From: Nemertoderma westbladi
Lineage: Eukaryota; Animalia; Xenacoelomorpha
Direction: 5' to 3'
Length of the DNA: 64,000 nucleotides
Assembly: GCA_032718475.1 (NCBI GenBank)
Contig: JAUCBJ010007449.1
Location: 1 to 64,000 of the forward strand
Shown here: piece by piece, positions 26,101 to 37,939 of the stretch
How the letters are laid out: the number at the start of each line of letters is the position of its first letter
Position numbering within the stretch: the stretch's first letter is position 1
The notes under the pieces: model-generated
Database searches by the model: none
What the model was told of the DNA's origin: nothing
Seen by the model: the letters and a program-made list of their open reading frames with translations, nothing else
Program-made: the position numbers and the translations under genes

Positions 26101-29100
26101 AGGAAAAGGGCACCCTGGACAGACAACAAAATTCAGAAGTGCCGAAATGACCTCTGCAAGGCGCAGAAAGAGTCCCGACTCAAACAGACTAAAGCGGCAA
26201 AGAATGCAGTTAAGGCTGCATCTAGGTCCCTGAACAGGCAGTACTCTGTTAATCTACAGGAGCTAATAAACCAACAGGTTGATGCCATCAATGATGCTGA
26301 CGACAGCAGGCAATCATCCCAGGCATGGGAATCGATCAACTTGCTTACTGGGTGGAAAAGCCAACCAACAACCAAGGTTAAGGCTGAGCCGTCACCAGCC
26401 ACCAGCCGCAATGGTTGGAAAGCCCACTTTGAAAAGCTCCTCAATAATGACAGGGTATTGCCTGATAACTTTATAGAAGTAATAGTGTCTGAGTCTGTAC
26501 TCCCAGAAATTCCCATTGGCGATATTTCCTTTGCAGAAGTGAAGGCTGCTGCAAAGAGCATTTTTTTTTATACAGTTTATATATACACTTTTTATTAACT
26601 CCAGAAAGACCAAAATTTTGACAGTTAAATTTAAGTCCTCACTCAGCAAGTCTCGATCGGATGAGCATAAGCTCAAAGGATGGTATGCTTGAGCATGTGG
26701 ACGACTTCTGTTACCTGGGATCATGGATCCGGAAGTCAGGTGAGGACCTTCGAATACGTAAGGGAAAGGCATGGGCAGCCTTGAATAGGCTTTCCAGGAT
26801 TTGGAAGTCACCGAGAAATAATCGAAAACTCAAGGTCCGATTATTTAGAGCAGCAGTAGTTCCAGTACTCCTCTATGGGAGTCCATGCAGGGCTCTAACT
26901 GCTAAGGACACCAAATCTCTGGTTGGCACATTCACAAGAATGCTACGCCGGGTTCATTGTGTCAAGTACAATGCACACATTTCCAACCAGACACTATATA
27001 ACATTGGAGGTGTCTCATTGGTTCCCCCAAGCTTGACACTAGAACAAAATCGCCTTCACTTTGCAGGACATTGCTTTCGCCGTGAGGACCACCCAGTGCA
27101 TAATCTTGCACTTTGGCAGCCTCATGGAGCGAATAAGCATTGTGGACATCCCATGACTTTCATGAAAAGCATCCTAAAAGACACTGGCCTTGAAGATGCG
27201 GATGATCTAGCAAATGTCATGGGTGATAGGGAGTTGTGGCGGTGCAATTTTGTCGACAAGATGGCACAGCATTCTTAATATATATGTAAAATATATATAT
27301 AATACAGCTGCAATGCAGCTGAAATGCAGCACGCTGATCGTAGTAGTAGTAGTAATGTCTGAAAATTACAGTATAGTTATTGTCGAAACATTGTCGTTTA
27401 ATGAATTTATTGATTAAGTTCGATCCGATTACGTTATATTTTATTTGGTCCTTGTATTTAGAAAACCGTCTATGAAGTGTTTGGTTACGATATCGGTGGT
27501 CTTTACTATTCGGCTTCGTTGAATACGTACGATTGTGAAAAAGGCAAAGACACATGCAGAGACGACATGAGGAACAGCTACGATGAATGCACTCCGTCTG
27601 AGCTTAACAAACAAACCAAGGCCATTGATAGTAAGTTGAACAAAATATATTCTTATAAAAACGGATTCTAATATTATTAATATTCTAAATCATTCGTAAG
27701 GGATAATTGAATTTACCTATCGCTACATATTATTATTCTTGTTTTTAGTGGTTAAATAACAAAAATATCTATTTACATTACATATTATACATTGAGTAGA
27801 AGTAAAAGTTATTGGTAAGATTTAATCAATATAAAAAAGTCTATAAAAACGATCAGATATGATGTGGTTAATAATGGTTGGATGTGAGCTACTCAACGCA
27901 TTCCAATAAATACTAGAATAATATTATATAGACATATAACCATAGCCTACTATATTTATACGGCCTAACAGGTTACTTGAACTGGCCTCTTAAAAAGAGG
28001 CCAGTTTTTTTAACAATATTTTGAGATTTTGATATGGGAAGGGTTTTATAAATTTTCATTTGCGGCAATTTTGTCAACGGACGTAATTGAAGTCTCCTCA
28101 TTAAGCACCACAGTCTCCACACTAAATTTTATGGTACTAGTGTTTTAGGTAGGTTTAGCTAGTAATTTCCACACTGGTTCCGACATCCTACTTCCTTCTA
28201 TAAATATTTTTTAGTAGCTAGTTTTTATTACTATTTGTATAGAAAATGTTCCAGAACATGTTAGCAAACAAAAAAAAAATTTCGAAATTTTTTTTTCCAA
28301 AAAGATTTTTCAACAATATTTTTTATCACAATTTTTTTTATTGATTTTCAACACGTTTTAGAACGATTCCATGCGTTTTAAACATAATCCAGATTTTTTT
28401 AAAAAAAATGTTTCATAAACAAAAAATATTTGTTCTAGAACATATTTTTTTTAAGAATGAATAGCTAACATGTTCTGGAACATTTTCTATATAAATAGTA
28501 ATATGAACTAGCTACTACAAAATATTTATAGAAGGAAGTAGGATGTCGGAACCAGTGTTGAAATTACTAGCTAAACCTAACACTAGCTACCATAAAATTT
28601 AGTGTCTTCCTTAACGAGGCGACTTCAATTACGTCCGTTGACCAAATTACAACAAAATGAAAAATCATAGAAATCTCCCCATATCAAAATCTCAAAATAT
28701 TGTTAAAAAAACTGGCCTCTTTTTAAGAGGCCAGTTCAAGTGACCTGTTCGGCCGTATAAATATAGTAGGCCATGATATAACTGTCTCTTATTTATATAT
28801 CTGTATCTGTATTAGTATATCTTATTATTTATATACAAGGTTTATTTACTGGAGGTTTATATGTTATTTATACGTGTATGTCACCTGATTGAATAGACGA
28901 AATTATCTTTATCATCATTAACCCAATCTGGCCCGATCTATTTTACTGTGTAACTGGCTCACAAACACGCTACATCAGCTCAATAAAATTTCAAATAAAA
29001 AATAATATTCACACTTTCATTTAATATGACTCATACTTTCACTTTCATTAGTATTCATCGCTGGTGTTGGGGTGCCAATAACACTTGAAAGAAATTTTAG

Positions 29101-30398
29101 AATTATGACAAAATATAAATCAATCAATCAATCAATGGTGGTAATTTTTGAAATTTTTTAGATCTTGTCTCAAAAATTACAATTTTGATTTTTCAATTTT
29201 TCAATGTCGCTGATCATAATGAAACTAGTTATATTTTGGATAATGCAAACATATTTTTGGTGCCATTCAAGTGTCCCAGTACAATAAAGTACAAGTAGCA
29301 AAATAATTACAAACTGTTAAATGTTGCCTTAGGTTAAGATATACTATACTATATATACTATATATAAAATAATATATAATATATATATAAATACTATGTA
29401 TACAGTAAGAAACTGGACGCAAATCCCATCTTGGCGAATTAATATAGCGCCTCAATTTTAAATTCTCAAATTAGAGAAAGGAGCAGGTTACAGTGACACG
29501 TTATTTTAACCAAAACAATGAACTAAACACAATAGAACAGGTTACGATTTTATTTTTGAGAGTAATCAGCTGTTATTTGCGTCCCATTTCCCTTGGAGAG
29601 GGATGAACTTTAATTGCATCCAGTTTCCCCCCTATCTGGGTTTTCAAGGTCTCTCATCACGATTCAACTCTTTAATAATCATTAGTGGTACCGCACCTAT
29701 CGTTTTTTGGTGCTTGTATTGAAAATTACAATACATATTACCATTGATTTTGTGGTGATTTTTCATTATCATATTTGCACTACTTGTTTTTTTGCGCCCC
29801 AGGTGTCAAATTCTAAATAACCGAAAATTTGCGCGAATAATTTGCGCGAATTCTATAATCGTAATCAGCACCAAAAAACCGCTATATACCACAAATAATT
29901 TAGTTTTAGTGAACCATAAAAATTCTTAAAAATTTTAGCACGAAAAATACCGAAAAAAAGGACCACAGCACCAATTTTAAGAAACGTCACGAAATATTGG
30001 CTTTCCCAACTAACCTCACGCAAATGGTTTACAACAAATTTATAAAATGACCACCCCCATGGTGCGTTATGGTTCTGCAGATTGGTGCACAGCATTTGGA
30101 AAAAATTAGATTATTTTTAACTTTATATTTAAAAAATGTATTTCTTGTGTTTCTATTTACTTTAAGAAAATATAATTTCATAGAAGATATTTTTTTTGTT
30201 ATACAACATATTTTCTAATTCAAAATCATTTTTACAATAATTTTTATAGAGCTAAAGACTTTGGGTCACACAGGAGTGGAAGAGAACAGCTGTTACACTT
30301 ACTGCTGCGACGATGAGGACAATTGCAACAACACCGGCCGTATCGCTCAGTCATTGGTTGTCACCATGACAGCTGTTGCTATAGCGATATTCATGTAA
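23153..30398 (+). CDS. Host gene: GPI-anchored Ly6/uPAR (three-finger)-like protein, 180 aa; exons 23153-23198, 25459-25637, 27462-27630, 30250-30398
   Basis: All introns are GT(G/A)AGT...AG with compatible phases (1,0,1). Spliced protein MSYGCVIFFALTLVTA-SSKSGSGSGSGSGEKIDCHT...QVCRSCSKTVYE...SCYTYCCDDEDNCN-NTGRIAQSLVVTMTAVAIAIFM*. Signal peptide, 10 mature Cys, terminal CCxxxDxCN, hydrophobic GPI signal, AATAAA at ~30460. Confidence 0.85.
23440..23645 (-). mobile_element. tRNA-derived SINE (tRNA-Cys-like head) in intron 1
   Basis: Minus strand GGTGGTGTAGCTCAAAGTTGGTTGAGCGCTGGGGCTGCAATCTATTGGTTGTAGGTTCAGCCCC: A box, ctGCAat anticodon loop, degenerate B box. The body has two C(TTCG)G hairpins. 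Confidence 0.65.
24400..25125 (-). pseudogene. Degraded RTE-clade LINE RT fragment (intron 1)
   Basis: GVLQGD, LDFADD and CVKYNAH motifs. Homologous to the 45140-46000 region. Confidence 0.8.
26090..27355 (+). mobile_element. RTE-clade LINE fragment with internal deletion (intron 2)
   Basis: 26090-26560 matches the linker region of the 46.5-46.75 kb copy. 26600-27278 encodes FCYLGS..KAWAALNRLSRIWKS..LKVRLFRAAVVPVLLYGS..TRMLR. 3' tail tgcagc/(tag)n. Confidence 0.85.
27941..28775. mobile_element. P-element-like foldback MITE (intron 3)
   Basis: Termini CATAGCCTACTATATTTATACGGCC / GGCCGTATAAATATAGTAGGCCATG. 7-bp TSD ATATAAC (27934-27940, 28776-28782). Almost the whole element is one inverted repeat. 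Confidence 0.85.
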
Positions 30399-30470
30399 AC
30401 AGAAAATCCATTGACTATATAATATCTAAATATATGTCTAAATGAAGGCTACTATTTCTAATAAATTATA

Positions 30471-30681
30471 CAATGTGAATAGGACAATATGATAATGCTC
30501 TCCATAGCGAAAAATATCAACCGGCCCTGTTGGGGCTCGAACCCGGTACCTAGGTTTCAAACTTCTGGTTTTCTTCAGCCGGGTGAGTGTACTGAGCTAC
30601 CAGGCCGGATGAATATTTCGCTATGGAGTGGAAGATCATTATCAATATCAAGAGCATTATCATATTGTCCTATTCACATTG
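30471..30681. mobile_element. Tc1/mariner-type MITE with tRNA-like core
   Basis: TA-flanked 31-bp TIRs CAATGTGAATAGGACAATATGATAATGCTCT, an inner inverted repeat, and a minus-strand tRNA-like segment at 30523-30606. Confidence 0.8.
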
Positions 30682-32572
30682 TATATTTAATACACCGCGT
30701 CACTCACCCCACAACAATTCACTTATTATTATTTCTAATAAACACGAATCTAGATTTCGAATTAAGTATTTGTGACTAATTTCCACTTGATATCATTTTT
30801 TTCTAAAATTTGATGAATTCACTTGCGTCCAACTTTCGCTACTATCTGCACATGCTTGTCTTTATTAAATATGACGTATTAAATTGTACATAATACACCT
30901 GGCGCATACACGGTTTTTTTCAAACATTTTTTTAGCATCATAGATAAAAAATTCAAAACTATATAAGTGAAAATATTACTATTATATATACAATTATATT
31001 ATATATTACAGTCTTCAGTTTTTAAATTAATCGTGGTTATGACTAGTTTTTCCACATTGTTTTTAGTATTGTGTAGTGGGAATAAGGCAATTCCTATATG
31101 CTTCCTCCAATTCTTATATGCAAAATATTTTCAAAATCCTGAAAACTAATACAACAATCTCATATTTCTTAGCGCGCCTGAGGAAATATTATACTGTAAC
31201 TTATTAGTAATATATGTTAAGTGTAATAATATTAGCAATAATATAAGCAAGTTATGATTTTTGAAGAAATGTGCCAACAGCCAGCACTGTTTAAAATTGT
31301 TGTAAAAATTGTTTAATAACAAAAAAATTTAGACATTAATTTAAAATTTTTATTAATTTACAATTTTAAAGGCAACAATAACTAAAGACGCCCAGTCCAG
31401 ATTGCTAATGTAAACTAATGAGTGGTTACTCTTTTACCCACGCACAATTTAACCTTCGTAGAATTAACGCTAGTTTCAACTCCTCAAGTTAAAACCGGAA
31501 AAACACCAAAACAACCGAGAAATGTCTTCATGATACAACAGCATGATACATATACATGATATCATGATACATATAATACCACAGCTCAATTCCAATTTAT
31601 ATCATATAATACGCAATGTTATACATTTAAGCCCTACATCTGCAGCTAACGGCACTTTCTGTAAAAGGGCGATTCGAGTATATACAGTAAAATAAGTTCA
31701 ATGGAATTAGTGTGATCATTAAGTGAAGGCTTAGAAGAGCGGATGTAGTGTTTCTTTGATGATTACTTTAGTTCATTTGATAGTTATTTTATAATACATA
31801 ATAATAAGATGACTAATACACTTCTTTGCATTTGATATTCAACCAATGAAAATGACTTCCAATTTTTCAAACATCTACACTTTCCCCATTGGCTCCAACA
31901 TTGTCTCTCTATCTTAACTGCGAACCTCTGGTTGTTTGGTTTTCCATAATTTTCTTCATTTTAAACATTTTTTAGTGCAAAATATTATGACCAACCCAAC
32001 CTTTCATGAAATTGTGTTTATGATTTGGTGATAATTTATAACTTATAAATTATATATCTGTAGTCTGTACACTAATTTATTGGAACTTCTGTTAATATTT
32101 TCATGACTCATACTACAATTGAAAATTCCAATTTTATGTCAAATGAAGAGGATCGCATCACTTTGGAAATGGAAAAAGTTAGATATAATGATATTTAATG
32201 TCCTGATTCTATAAATTTTTTTTTGTAGTTTAAGGGGTGTAAGACTCTAGTGTTTACTTTAAAGTTAATATATACATCACAACCCCCTGTTAGTCAGTAT
32301 GTCGGTACATTCAATTATCACATATGAATTATAGAGCAGAACTCCGACATCACTGCATGTTGTCAAATATTATAATTTTTGTACTGTGTGTTTGCTCTAG
32401 CAATCTACCAGTTTTTCCATTGGTAACATGTTTACTTACCGTAGGTCTATGTGGAGGGTTCCAGTGTTCTGAGGTCTGAAGTCTGTATGGGCGAAGTGGT
32501 AACTGAGTTGATGGTGCGATTAATTTAGGTCATTGGTGCAGTATAGATAGGCTTGGCTAATTCCCTGTCCAG

Positions 32573-32622
32573 CTGACGAAGCGTCGAGGATTAGCGCATA
32601 CTGGTCCTAGACGCCGAAACGC
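32573..32622 (+). ncRNA. Partial/degenerate hammerhead-ribozyme-like motif (Penelope-type)
   Basis: CTGACGA-A-[GCGTC-G-AGGATTAG-cgcata-CTGGTCCT-A-GACGC]-C-GAAAC-GC: core plus long stem II. No clear stem I partner or NUH triplet. Confidence 0.4.
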
Positions 32623-32864
32623 AACCATATTTTTCACAAATTAATTATTTTTGTCCAAGTCCTACAGTACCTCTTTCACAGCGACAAAAATGTCATATAT
32701 TTTCTTATACAATATAGGCTTAGTTTTTGTGCAGTTTATTACCGGTATCATTTAGTGTATGGCTTGTAGGTTTTAGGGTTAGGTTTGCGATACATACCTG
32801 TAAGTGGAGCATGTTATTATATATTTTGTTTGTGTTTGTTGTTTGTTTTGTTTGTGTCCTTTAT

Positions 32865-34385
32865 CTACCAGTATGTACGCCGCGACTTCCTGTGTCCTTC
32901 CGGACCAAAGTTTATTCTTCTCGAATATTTCAAGAAGTCCTCCCCGCGACTTCCGTATTCTCGATCGGCAGCTATATCCCGTCGGGAAGTTTCTCTTCGA
33001 TTCCCTCTCCTGTTCTCGTCCTCGTACCGGTACATCCTGTACCCTTTTCCTGGTGTGTGGTGCGTCTCTCTGGGGCGACGCCAATCTCCCGGAGTTCGAC
33101 CCCACTGACTCCCTAACTCCATCTCTACTAGCGACGGTTCACTGTCCGTCCTTGCTCTCCGGTTGCTCGTAGCAATGCTTCTTCTATTCTCTTCACGCTC
33201 TTGTGATCTCTCTTTGACCTCCCGGTTAAACTCCACTGTTCTTCTTCTCTCTTCTGACTGACGTCTTCTCGGTCGCCCACTCTCAGCATCAACACCTCTC
33301 TCTCTACCAGGTTGGACGCTCCTGGGGATATTCGCAATCCCCCTACTATTCTCTGTCGTCGGGTGCCGTGGTTCACCTAACTCGCCCCGCGCATTATCCG
33401 CCGACGCCTGTGGGACATTCTCTGCCCCCCCCCCCCCTCTCGCCACTAATCTCCCGTGGTGGGGCGCCCGTAGCCCCCCCCCCCCCCACCCCCACTCGCC
33501 CCTTCTTACTTCACTACCTCTTACTTCGCTTCTACGCCCCTCTTGTGGGACATTCTCTGCCCCCCCCCCCTCTCGCCACTAATCTCCCGTGGTGGGGCGC
33601 CCGTAGCCCCCCCCCCCCCCCCCCACTCGCCACTTCTTACTTCACTACCTCCTACTTCGCTTCTACGCCGCTCTCTAGTCGGCGCACTGTCTCTACTGCG
33701 GCTGGGTCTATTCACCCCTGCCTCTCCCTGTGCAACTGCGTGGCCTTGCAGGCTCCCGTCGGGTTGACTCACCCCCGCTACTCCCTGCCTATCTCCTGTT
33801 TCCCTGGCCTCGCTCCCAATTTGAGCGAGTTCGCCATTTCCGCTCCGTACTCCTCTCAAACTTGCCCCAGTCCATCGGCTTGTGGTAGACAAGCCCCATG
33901 AGCTGGCCCATCGCCACTGCTCCACAATGTCCTGTGTCCGCTCCGTGCTCCTCCTCGAACTTGCCCCAGTCCATGGGCTTGTGGCAGACAAGGCCCATGC
34001 GCTGGCCCATCCCCACTGCTCCACAATGTCCTGTAAGTATACAGATATGAATTGGTGGCAGTGACAGTCATAAACTATGACCAGTCTGCAACTGTGTAAC
34101 TAATGAACTGACTGGTAAATCAGTAATGCAGAATAATATATGATTGATACACACTGATATTGGCTTCACCTCTTACTCTACTTGGCCTTCTGTACCCAGT
34201 GGGTGCTTTCTTATCTCTAATCACATGCTTCCCTCCCCGCTATTGGCTAATATACTAATTGTCACTTTGGCACTCCCTGTGAGTGTTTCCCCCCTCTGCT
34301 AACCTCTACTAGCTGTATTCCCTACGAGGTGGTTTGACCTCTCACCTCTCTCTGTGGCATTAGGGCTTGTGTCAACCCCCCCCCC
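32865..34385 (-). mobile_element. Second, partial copy of the BEL/Pao-derived element (LTR-like segment followed by gag N-terminal region)
   Basis: 32865-33790 is homologous to 16430-17230 (SNRRARTDSE..EMEL.SQWGRTPGD; YSRR.NFGPEGHR). 34035-34375 matches the LTR-like segment. Confidence 0.85.
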
Positions 34386-34499
34386 AAAGTTGGTTATGAG
34401 GCGAGATTATTATTGGTAATCTCGTATCCCCAACTATATTAGTGAAATGCCACTGGTCCCATTTTTCTGGTAGGTAATGTAACGGAATTGAATCCACTT

Positions 34500-36642
34500 A
34501 CAACGTAAAACAGTAAAGAAACGCGTAAAGCATGTAAAACAGTAAAGCAATGCGTAAAGCATGTAAAACAGTAAAGCAATGTGTAAAGCGCGTAAAACAG
34601 TAAGGAAATGTGTAAAGCACGTAAAACAGTAAAGCAATGCGTAAAGCATGTAAAACAGTAAAGCAATGCGTAAAGTGCGTAAAACAGTAAAGCAATGTGT
34701 AAAACTCATAAAACAGTAAAGCAACATGTAAAGCACGTAAAACAGTAAAGCAATGCGTAAAGCACGTAAAACAGTAAAGCAATGCATAAAGCACTTAAAA
34801 CAGTAAAGCAATGCGTAAAGCACGTAAAACAGTAAAGCAATGCATAAAGCACGTAAAACAGTAAAGCAATGCGTAAAGCACTTAAAACAGTAAAGCAACG
34901 TGTAAAGCATTTAAACAGTAAAGCAATGTGTAAAGCACATAAAACAGTAAAGCAACGTGTGTAAAGCATGTAAAACAGTAAAGCAATGCATAAAGCATAT
35001 GAAACAGTAAAGCAATGCATAAAGCATATGAAACAGTAAAGCAATGCATAAAGCACGTAAAACAGTAAAGCAATGTGTAAAGCATGTAAAACAGTAAAGC
35101 AATGCATAAAGCATGTAAAACAGTAAAACAATGTGTAAAGCATGTAAAACAGTAAAGCAACGCATAAAGCAAGAAAAACAGTAAAGCAATGCGTAAAGCA
35201 ATGCGTAAAGCATGTAAAACAGTAAAGCAATGTGTAAAGTACGTAAAACAGTAAAGCAATGCGTAAAGCATATAAAACAGTAAAGCAATGCGTAAAGCAT
35301 GTAAAATAGTAAAGCATTGTGTAAAGCATGTAAAACAGTAAAGCAATGCGTAAAGCACGTAAAACAGTAAAGCAATGTGTAACGCATGTAAAACAGTAAA
35401 GCAATGCGTAAAGCACGCAAAACAGTAAAGCAATGCGTAAAGCAAATAAAACAGTAAAGCAATGCATAAAGCACGCAAAACAGTAAAGCAATGCATAAAG
35501 CACATAAATCAGTATAAAGCAATGCATAAAGCACTTAAAACATTAAAGCAATGCGTAAAGCACGTAAAACAGTAAAGTAATCCGTAAAGCATGTAAAACA
35601 GTAAAGCAATGCGTAAAGCATGTAAAACAGTAAAGCAACGTGTAAAGCATGTAAAACAGTAAAGCAATGCGTAAAGCATGTAAAACAGTAAAGCAATGCA
35701 TAAAGCATGTAAAACAGTAAAGCAACCTATAAAGAACGTAAAACAGTAAAGCAATGCGTAAAGCACGTAAAACAATAAAGTAACGTGTGTAAAGCATGTA
35801 AAACAGTAAAGCAATGCATAAAGCATGTAAAACAGTAAAGCAACGCGTAAAGCACGTAAAACAGTAAAGCAATGCGTAAAGCATGTAAAACAGTAAAGCA
35901 TCCTATAAATAACGTAAAACAGTAAAGCAATGCGTAAAGCACATGAAACAGTAAAGTAACGTGTGTAAAGCATGTAAAGCAGTAAAGCAATGCATAAAGC
36001 ATGTAAAACAGTAAAGCAATGCGTAAAGCACGTAAAACAGGAAAGCAATGAGTAAAGCATGTAAAACAGTAAAGCAATGCATAAAGTACGTAAAGCAGTA
36101 AAGCAATGCGTAGAGCATGTAAAACAGTAAAGCAATGCATAAAACACGCAAAACAGTAAAGCAATGCATAAAGCATGTAAAACAGTAAAGCAATGCATAA
36201 AGCACGCAAAACAGTAAAGCAATGCGTAAAGCACATAAAACAGTAAAGCAATACATAAAGCACTTAAAACATTAAAGCAATGCGTAAAGCACGTAAAACA
36301 GTAAAGCAATGCGAAAAGCATGTAAAACAGTAAAGCAATGCGTAAAGCATGTAAAAAGGTAAAGCAATGTGTAAAGCATGTAAAACAGTAAAGCAATGCT
36401 TAAAGCATGTAAAACAGTAAAGCAACACGTAAAGCACGTAAAACAGTAAAGCAACGCGTAAAACACCTCAAAGAGTAAAGCAACACGTAAAGCACGTAAA
36501 ACAGTAAAACTACGCGTAAAGCACATAAAACAGTAAAGCAAAGCGTAAAGCATGTAAAAGAGTAAACCAATGCATAAAGCATGTAAAACAGTAAAGCAAA
36601 GCGTAAAGCACATAAAACAGTAAGGCAACGCGTAAAGCACGT
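34500..36642. repeat. 29-bp satellite (TAAAACAG TAAAGCAATGCG TAAAGCACG), ~70 copies
   Basis: Continuous degenerate tandem array, the source of the spurious YALLYCF ORFs. Confidence 0.95.
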
Positions 36643-37169
36643 TGTTAGCGCTTTTAGTAAATTATGTTCTTTCACTCTTAATTCTCATATATTTTAACTT
36701 TTTTCTGTTACTTAATTAACCATGCAAAAATGAAGGCAAGATGTCCGGTCTGATACAATAAACGGGATTGCGCTAGTGTACCTGTCAACAAGGGCCTATC
36801 ACTGTATCTGTTTATTTGCCCTTTTTCCCTTCGATGCATTGATTTGCTCTATATTTCACTTAGTTCAATACGGTATTTGATTATCTATTGTATTTGACTG
36901 AGATACTATACCGGGAGGGTGTGACAACAAAGTATAACAAGCAAATGACTGACTAATTAATTCTGTAAGAACTCAAGTCTGGTGATTGTGTTTCCCTTTA
37001 GGAGAAACGTATAGTGACAAGTCTTTGGGTCTAATTATATTGATATCACTACAGTATTCAATTTGTGACAACTCTCAATCGTGATGTAATTAATAAGAAG
37101 AGCTTTGCTTACATTAATGGTCTGAAATATCGCCATATATTAATTATTTAGTAAGTCAGAGATATAACA

Positions 37170-37790
37170 CGTTCGTGGGGACTTCGCGCAGCACGTAGTC
37201 GGCAAGCCTTGGCATACGGTTCATATAGAGCAAATGGGGCATGTCTAGTTTGGACCTCATATCCCATGCTATAAATGTATTCATTCGATATACAATCATA
37301 TGTTAATCCGCTAGGTGGTGTGAAATTGTTATTCTGCAATTTCGTACTTACCAGTGCAGCACTGTACAGCAGTACCGTACCGGTAGGCCTATGTCATTAC
37401 TTCTGAGTCTCTAGCGGATCCCCAATTAAATGTCTTAACTTTTCAATTTCGTAAAAGATAGACTTCATGATTCTCTACAGGCCACCAAAATTTCAGCTCA
37501 GGAAAATGAGGCCTTCCCGAGAAATTTAACATTTTCTAAAAACCACATAATCTGTCGTAGCTGACGTCAGACTGCATGATTTTTCACCAAACTTTACAAA
37601 CTTTCTAAACTTTCTCTCTACTACTTACCTACTAAGTTTGCTCAATTCCGAACCAGCGATGCCGAGAAATTCGCGTTCAAACATTTACCAGACAGACAGA
37701 CAGACAGACAGACAGACGGACATGCCCCATTTGCCCTATATGAACCGTATGCCAAGGCTCGCCGACTACGTGTCTCGCCCCACAACACAC
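37170..37790. mobile_element. Non-autonomous element with ~52-bp subterminal inverted repeats and a (CAGA)n microsatellite (MITE or DINE-1/Helentron-associated-like)
   Basis: cgtagtcggcaagccttggcatacggttcatatagagcaaatggggcatgtc (37193-37244) matches the reverse complement at 37719-37770 with 2 mismatches. (CAGA)n at 37689-37717. Confidence 0.75.
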
Positions 37791-37939
37791 AAATCTGATA
37801 CAATTGTCCAGATTATCACTGATACTTAGTTACAGCAACCCACCTGTTGTGGCGCGTGTAAAACCTCCTTGATTACGTAATATCAGCAATATATTAACTC
37901 AAACTGCCTCAATTAATTGTATTTATATTATTATCTTAG

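Noticed and set aside
34434-36675. Many overlapping hydrophobic Cys-rich ORFs (YALLYCFTCF...)
   Set aside because: Artefacts of a stop-poor 29-bp satellite read on the minus strand.
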